Shown here: positions 26,867 through 32,000 of the stretch, one piece after another
How the letters are laid out: every line of letters starts with the position of its first letter
Position numbering within the stretch: the first letter of the stretch is position 1
Assembly: GCF_023585745.1 (NCBI RefSeq)
Contig: NZ_CP097762.1
Coordinates: forward strand, 1 to 32,000
Source: Candidatus Saccharimonadota bacterium
Lineage (GTDB): Bacteria; Pseudomonadota; Gammaproteobacteria; Enterobacterales; Enterobacteriaceae
Direction: 5' to 3'
Length of the DNA: 32,000 bases
The notes under the pieces: generated by a model
The model's input: only the letters and a program-made list of their open reading frames with translations
What the model was told of the DNA's origin: nothing
Database searches by the model: none
Program-made: the position numbers and the translations under genes

Positions 26867-27382
26867 TTATTGATTTATTGGTTTAATTAATAAAGTTGAA
26901 ATTATTTGTTTATTTTTATTAGAAATAGCTTTTATTTGTTTTTTATTTATTAAATAAATAATATTTTCAGCTTTTATCGAATTATCCGCTTGCTTTATAC
27001 AAGCATCTCCAATAAAAGAGAGAATATGATGGTCTGCATTATATTGCACAATTAGTGATTGAGCAAATATTGTATGACCTATTTTAGGTATTTGTTTTAA
27101 AGTAACAGGATTTCCATATGCTTTTATCATTGATGGGAGTTGTGTATTTTTTATATGAGAAATTAATATTTTATCTGCATATAGGTCAATGTTTTTATAT
27201 TTAAGGGTTACTTTACCTGTGAAGGTGATAGTATCAGTTAATATATCAATAGTTTGATATGATGAATAAATTTCAATTGTTTGAATATTTTTTTGAATTT
27301 GAGCATCTAAATTATTGGATACTGAAATAGTGCTAATGCAAATTAATAGAATAGTATATTTATGGTATATATTGAATATCAT
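26867..27382 (-). CDS. lptA: LPS transport periplasmic protein LptA
   Basis: 171-aa ORF with an N-terminal signal-like segment and an OstA-like fold pattern matching E. coli LptA (I.I.S..Q..D......TFTG.V......I...ADK......; ..Y..). It sits between lptC and lptB, 4 nt upstream of lptB. Confidence 0.85.
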   Translation of the reverse strand: MIFNIYHKYTILLICISTISVSNNLDAQIQKNIQTIEIYSSYQTIDILTDTITFTGKVTLKYKNIDLYADKILISHIKNTQLPSMIKAYGNPVTLKQIPKIGHTIFAQSLIVQYNADHHILSFIGDACIKQADNSIKAENIIYLINKKQIKAISNKNKQIISTLLIKPINQ

Positions 27383-27986
27383 AATAGGTTTTTACATCAT
27401 CAATAAATATTGCTGTTTGTGTGTATAAATTAGCATGCATTTTTGTGCTTATAGAAAAGAAATTTGTCCCATATACCGTTACTTTTGTATTCATAATAAC
27501 ACTTTGAGTAGTTAAATTAATTATAGCTTGGTTTGAGATAATAGATTGTAAGGAAGTATGTTGCACTAAATTTCTGATATCTACACATCCATGTAAAAAT
27601 AATATTTTATTGTAGTTTAATGCTGCTTTGTTTGCTGTAATACGCCATATTGGGATATTTTTTTTATCAAAAATAGTGATTTTTGGGTTAGTAAACCAAG
27701 TAATTTTATCATGTAAAATATGTGTAACATAACATGTTGTTATTATACATTTAAGATATCCTTTAGTACTATATGAATGAATGGTTACCATATTACTTTG
27801 GCAGTTATATGTATTGTGATAGGGAAATAAATTTTGTGGGTTATGAAGATTTATTAAAATTTTAATTGTGGTTATAAGAATAAATAATATTATTATTATT
27901 AAAAAAATTATAAAAATGTATTTTTTTTTTATATTTTTATATTTTTTAAAAAATTTAAATGTAGATATAATTGTGATTATAATCAT
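27360..27986 (-). CDS. lptC: LPS export system inner-membrane anchor protein LptC
   Basis: 208-aa ORF with a Lys-rich N-terminus, one TM helix and a periplasmic domain colinear with E. coli LptC (WF..P..T.FDK..IP.W...A.KA.L......L.L.G.V....L; T..A.INL.TQ.V; V..YGT.F.S; ...Y.IQ). It overlaps the lptA start by 23 nt. Confidence 0.82.
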   Translation of the reverse strand: MIIITIISTFKFFKKYKNIKKKYIFIIFLIIIILFILITTIKILINLHNPQNLFPYHNTYNCQSNMVTIHSYSTKGYLKCIITTCYVTHILHDKITWFTNPKITIFDKKNIPIWRITANKAALNYNKILFLHGCVDIRNLVQHTSLQSIISNQAIINLTTQSVIMNTKVTVYGTNFFSISTKMHANLYTQTAIFIDDVKTYYDIQYIP

Positions 27987-28817
27987 TTTAAATGAAAAAT
28001 TAATTATTTGTATAATGTATAAAATTATTTAGTTAATTTAATTTATTTAAGTACATATCTAAAATTTAGATATATTATATTTTTATATAAAATTTTTACA
28101 AAATAGAAGAACTCTTGTCTTTAAAAATATGAATGCAATATATATAATTAAGTTAATTTATATAGTATGCAATTAAATTTAATTATTTTAGGCATAGATA
28201 AGCAGTATTAAATACATAGTAATATTTATTACATTAAATATATTAAATTATTTTATTACTCTATATGAAGTATATTTATATGTGTTAATTATGTATATAT
28301 CTTTTTGGATTTGTAAATTTTTAAATAAACTATTTTTAATAATTTTGATTTGATTTTTAATCATATTTTTAATAAATAAATTTGATTTTTTTGTATATAT
28401 TACAATATTGTTTATTATTAAATTAAGTGTGTTGTAGTAACTTAATGAATTAAATATTTTTGTAAAAATATTTTATTATATGTGAGCAACATATATGTTT
28501 TATATAACCAATTGTATTTTATGGCGCATGCATAATATGCATAGTTGTATTTATTAAAAATTTATACTAAATTGTATAATAATGGATAATGATGAATTTT
28601 ATGTTTTTAATAGATTTTATAGAAATAAAAGGTATGCACTTATAGTGTTATAATAACAAATAAATATTATGAGTTTTAACGTAAAAATATGATTTTGAAA
28701 AATTAGTTTTAACTCTAAATTTAATATTTAGTATATGGTTTTAAAATAGTGCAATATATGTATGAGTATAAAATTAAATTTTATATAATATGCGTTATAC
28801 AGTTTGGATAAAAATCT

Positions 28818-29075
28818 ATGAGTATAAGTAATATAGTTAAAAATATTTTATTACAACATTTATCATTAGATGAATTGTACGTGAATACAAATCAAAAAAA
28901 TTGCTATATTATAGCGGTAAGTCGTATCTTTTACGGTATTACAGAATTAGAGCGGCATAAGATTATTTATGCTCCTCTTATGACAGAGATTATAAATAAA
29001 AATATCCATGCGGTGACTATTAAAACATTTGATCCTGAAGAATGGATCGTAAAACGTAAATTTTACATCGCGTAA
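28818..29075 (+). CDS. ibaG: BolA-family protein IbaG (YrbA)
   Basis: 85-aa ORF colinear with E. coli IbaG (L.......L..V.......IAV...F.G......H...Y.PLM..I....IHAV.IK...PEEW...RK). It lies immediately upstream of murA, as in E. coli. Confidence 0.85.
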   Translation: MSISNIVKNILLQHLSLDELYVNTNQKNCYIIAVSRIFYGITELERHKIIYAPLMTEIINKNIHAVTIKTFDPEEWIVKRKFYIA

Positions 29076-29104
29076 ATTTACATAATTTAATATTTAATTT
29101 TTTT

Positions 29105-30376
29105 ATGATAATGGATAGATTTTATATTCATGGACCCACCCCATTAAGTGGGGAGGTGATAATATCAGGAGCAAAAAATGCTGTATTGCCGATTTTGTTT
29201 GCTACTTTGTTAACTGAAAAACCAGTCGAAATTATTAATGTTCCTAAATTAAAGGATGTTGATGCTACTATCAAATTGTTACGGAAATTTGGTGCAAAAG
29301 TAGAATATTACTGTGAAGTATTATTTGCAGATACTAGTAATGTAAAGATATGTTGTGTACCTTACGATTTAGTTAAATCCATGCGTGCTTCTATTTGGGC
29401 CTTGGCTCCTTTAATAGCAAGATTTGGTCAAGGAAAAATTTGGTTGCCTGGTGGATGTTCTATAGGCCAGAGGTTAGTAGATTTGCATGTTAGTGGTTTA
29501 AAAAAAATGGGTGCTAAAGTTATAGTAAAAGAAGAGCATGTTATAGCTTCAGTCAATGGTAGATTACGTGGAGCACATATTATAATGGACAAAGTTAGTG
29601 TTGGAGCAACAGTAACTGTTATGAGTGCTGCAACTTTGGCAGAGGGTATAACTATAATTGATAACGCTGCGCGAGAACCAGAAATTGTTGATACTGCTAA
29701 TTTTCTTAATATGTTAGGAACTAACATTATTGGAGCTGGCAGTAATAGAATTATTATAGAGGGAGTGCAAAAATTAGGTGGTGGCAAATATTGTGTTATG
29801 CCTGATCGAATTGAGACCGGAACATTTTTAGTTGCAGCAGCAGTTTCACGTAAAAGTGTAGTATGTTTACGATCCCGACCAGATACTTTATGTGTTGTTT
29901 TAAAAAAATTACGTGAATCGGGAGCTGATATTAAGACGGGTAAAGATTGGATTAGTTTGAATATGCATGGAAAAAGACCAAGAGCCATTAATCTTAGGAC
30001 TGCACCATACCCAGGATTTCCCACTGATATGCAAGCGTTATTTACTTTATTAAATTCGGTGGCTGAAGGTACAGGAAAAATTGTGGAAACTATATTTGAA
30101 AATAGGTTTATGCATGTACCAGAGCTTGTTCGTATGGGCGCTAAAGTTAAAATTTTAGATAAAAATATAATTATTTTTTTGGGGGTTAATTCATTATTTG
30201 GCGCGAGAGTAATGGCGACAGATTTGAGAGCATCTGCAAGTTTGGTGTTAGCTGGATGCATTGCTCAAGGTTTGACGGTTATTGATTGTATATATCATGT
30301 TGATCGAGGATATGATGGTTTTGAAAAAAAACTAAAAAATATGGGAGCCTGTATAGAACGTTTAACTATAGTCTAA
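29105..30376 (+). CDS. murA: UDP-N-acetylglucosamine 1-carboxyvinyltransferase
   Basis: 423-aa ORF highly similar to E. coli MurA throughout ([29 protein letters not shown]; active-site Cys in LPGGCSIG; [36 protein letters not shown]; [15 protein letters not shown]; [19 protein letters not shown]). The true start may be the ATG at 29111 (MDRF.., matching E. coli MDKF). Confidence 0.97.
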   Translation: MIMDRFYIHGPTPLSGEVIISGAKNAVLPILFATLLTEKPVEIINVPKLKDVDATIKLLRKFGAKVEYYCEVLFADTSNVKICCVPYDLVKSMRASIWALAPLIARFGQGKIWLPGGCSIGQRLVDLHVSGLKKMGAKVIVKEEHVIASVNGRLRGAHIIMDKVSVGATVTVMSAATLAEGITIIDNAAREPEIVDTANFLNMLGTNIIGAGSNRIIIEGVQKLGGGKYCVMPDRIETGTFLVAAAVSRKSVVCLRSRPDTLCVVLKKLRESGADIKTGKDWISLNMHGKRPRAINLRTAPYPGFPTDMQALFTLLNSVAEGTGKIVETIFENRFMHVPELVRMGAKVKILDKNIIIFLGVNSLFGARVMATDLRASASLVLAGCIAQGLTVIDCIYHVDRGYDGFEKKLKNMGACIERLTIV

Positions 30377-30526
30377 TAGGTTAATTTAGTAAAATTTAAC
30401 TATTTTAAATGCCTACAGTAACAAGAAATTTAAATATATTTTTTTTAAAATTATGTTTTTTTAAAATCAATTATTTTCATAATTTTTAGTGTTTTGACAA
30501 TGTTGAATTTTATTTATTTATAAATA

Positions 30527-31912
30527 TTATCGAAGTAATAAAAATATATTAGTATCTCCACGCAAAATGTTTAGAGCTATTACTGATGGTTTTTCGTTTA
30601 GGATTTGTCTTAATTGTGATAAATTTTGTATTTTTATGCGGTTTAATCCAATTATTAAGTCGCCTTTTTGCAAGCCAATAGAATACGCGGGAGAATCTTT
30701 GATAACATCTATAACTTGCACACCTTTTACACCATTTTTTAAATACCCATTACTTAATGATGCTCCTTGTAATGCAGGAGTTAATATTTCTTCATTGGCG
30801 TTAACGCTAACAGAGGCTTTATCATCTAACAAGACTGATACTGTCTTTATTTTTCCATCTCTTAATAGACCCAATGTTATAATTTTTCCCGGAACGGTAG
30901 TGCCTATTTTTACTCTTAATTCAGCAAAGTTTTGTATTGGTTTTCCTTCTATAGATACAATGATATCTCCAGCCTTAATATTTGCTTTAGCAGCAGCAGA
31001 TCCCGGTAAAACTTCGCTAACAAATGCACCGCGTTGTATATCTATATTGAAAGCTTTAGCTATATCAGCAGTTAGTTCTGTGCCTTTAATTCCTAGTTGA
31101 CCGCGCTTTATCTCCCCAAATTCGATTAATTGTTGACTTAAATTTTTCACAATATTACTAGGAATAGCAAACCCGATTCCGATATTTCCTCCGCCAGGAG
31201 CTAATATTGCGGTGTTAATTCCAATTAATTCTCCATGTAAGTTAACTAGAGCGCCTCCTGAGTTTCCTCTATTTATAGAGGCATCAGTTTGAATAAAATT
31301 TTCTAATCCTTCCAGATTTAAACCACTTCTTCCTAAAGCAGATACAATCCCAGATGTTGCTGTTTGACCTAATCCAAAAGGATTACCTATCGCAATAGCA
31401 AAATCTCCCACTTTTAAAGTATCAGAGTCTGCCATTTTAATTTCAGAAAGATTTTTAAATTTTAATATTTGTAGTAATGCTAAATCAGTTTGTTCATCAT
31501 GTCCTATTAATTTAGCATTAAATTCTCTTCCGTCATTAAGTTGTACTTTAATTTTGTCTGCTCCATTAACAACATGATTATTAGTTACAACGTAACCTTT
31601 GTTAGAATTAATAATAACTCCTGATCCTAATCCTTCAAATGGTTTTGATCCAAAATTACCGCCAGGTATATCTGGTCCAAAGAAATATTTAAATTCTTTA
31701 GGTAATGTAAGTTTTCTAACGGGTTGTGTACCTTCTACATGTATATTTACAACTGCTGGTAGCACCGTATCTAACATAGGCGCTAAACTTGGCATAGTTT
31801 TTAATGATGAAATTTCTGTAGATACTGGGGTTTTTTGCATAACAGCATAAGAATGTGATATTCCTAATAAAAATGGTATATTTAGTAATGTAAATAATTT
31901 TTTTATTTTCAT
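30527..31912 (-). CDS. degQ: periplasmic serine endoprotease, HtrA family with two PDZ domains (DegQ-like)
   Basis: 461-aa ORF with a signal peptide. The catalytic region GLGQTATSGIVSALGRSGLNLEGLENFIQTDASINRGNSGGAL is identical to my recollection of E. coli DegQ rather than DegP. It lacks the Cys-containing LA-loop insert of DegP. It has two PDZ-like C-terminal domains and ends ..IFLLLR. Confidence 0.85.
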   Translation of the reverse strand: MKIKKLFTLLNIPFLLGISHSYAVMQKTPVSTEISSLKTMPSLAPMLDTVLPAVVNIHVEGTQPVRKLTLPKEFKYFFGPDIPGGNFGSKPFEGLGSGVIINSNKGYVVTNNHVVNGADKIKVQLNDGREFNAKLIGHDEQTDLALLQILKFKNLSEIKMADSDTLKVGDFAIAIGNPFGLGQTATSGIVSALGRSGLNLEGLENFIQTDASINRGNSGGALVNLHGELIGINTAILAPGGGNIGIGFAIPSNIVKNLSQQLIEFGEIKRGQLGIKGTELTADIAKAFNIDIQRGAFVSEVLPGSAAAKANIKAGDIIVSIEGKPIQNFAELRVKIGTTVPGKIITLGLLRDGKIKTVSVLLDDKASVSVNANEEILTPALQGASLSNGYLKNGVKGVQVIDVIKDSPAYSIGLQKGDLIIGLNRIKIQNLSQLRQILNEKPSVIALNILRGDTNIFLLLR

Positions 31913-32000
31913 AATAAATAGATGTAATTAGTTATATTAAAATATATAAGCTTTAATTTTGTTAAAAATCTATCAAATGTATTAATTATAATTTTTTGGT

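Noticed and set aside
29428-30261. 277-aa ORF on the minus strand, the longest unexplained ORF in the track
   Set aside because: It is completely nested antisense within murA, whose protein matches E. coli MurA along its whole length. The product is low-complexity (Pro/Ala/Ile/Ser/Thr-rich) with no recognisable motif. murA is locally GC-richer, which suppresses stop codons in the antisense frame.
30567-31850. Plus-strand ORFs of 177 aa (30567-31100) and 83 aa (31599-31850)
   Set aside because: Both are nested antisense within the well-supported degQ gene. Neither has motifs or start context. This is the same stop-depleted antisense-frame artefact as in murA.
29105-31912. Locally higher G+C in murA and degQ (also yjcE and dnaB) compared with lptF, lptG, lptC and the spacers, considered as a possible horizontally acquired island
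   Set aside because: The GC-richer genes are the most conserved housekeeping proteins and sit in native E. coli-like synteny. Stronger amino-acid constraint resisting AT mutational pressure explains the pattern. There are no integrase, repeat or tRNA-flank signatures.
1-32000. CRISPR arrays, IS elements, integrases, prophage, toxin-antitoxin or defence-system genes
   Set aside because: None was found. No ORF has transposase, integrase or nuclease-type motifs, and there are no regularly spaced direct repeats. Every sizeable ORF is accounted for by a housekeeping orthologue.

Overview
This is a strongly AT-rich window with long AT-rich spacers. It looks like a reduced-genome enterobacterial insect endosymbiont, Blochmannia-like by gene set and composition; that taxon call is an inference, not a search result. 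I support 24 protein genes, all colinear orthologues of E. coli housekeeping genes as I recall them. They fall into E. coli-like synteny blocks: (1) prlC and pitA; (2) ubiA, zur, dnaB, ssb, yjcE, gltP; (3) ridA, argI, valS, holC, pepA, then divergent lptF-lptG, a LysR-family regulator and tRNA-Leu(CAA); (4) a ZnuCB-like metal ABC importer; (5) lptC-lptA-lptB, divergent ibaG-murA, and convergent degQ. A tRNA 3' fragment, probably tRNA-Pro, opens the window. I see no rRNA, CRISPR, transposase, integrase, phage, toxin-antitoxin or defence-type genes, and no convincing novel multi-gene system. All ORF-track entries nested antisense in these genes look spurious. The leads worth a second look are small and mostly non-coding. 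(a) A perfect 18-bp Zur-box-like palindrome lies in front of the ZnuCB-like operon, and zur itself is retained in the window. (b) That importer has no adjacent binding-protein gene, and a 33-codon hydrophobic ORF sits in its leader. (c) The 644-bp yjcE-gltP spacer holds a possible orphan transcription unit: an extended -10, a palindrome and the best intrinsic terminator in the window. (d) A 48-nt perfect palindrome lies between convergent gltP and ridA. (e) An exact 15-mer with a palindromic core recurs upstream of ssb and yjcE. (f) Spacers of 749 and 831 bp occupy positions where E. coli has rpoN-hpf-ptsN and kdsCD-yrbG-mlaFEDCB. (g) A9-A10 homopolymers sit in frame in essential genes. (h) Neither tRNA gene encodes CCA. 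All comparisons to E. coli proteins are from memory and should be confirmed by BLAST or HMM searches.
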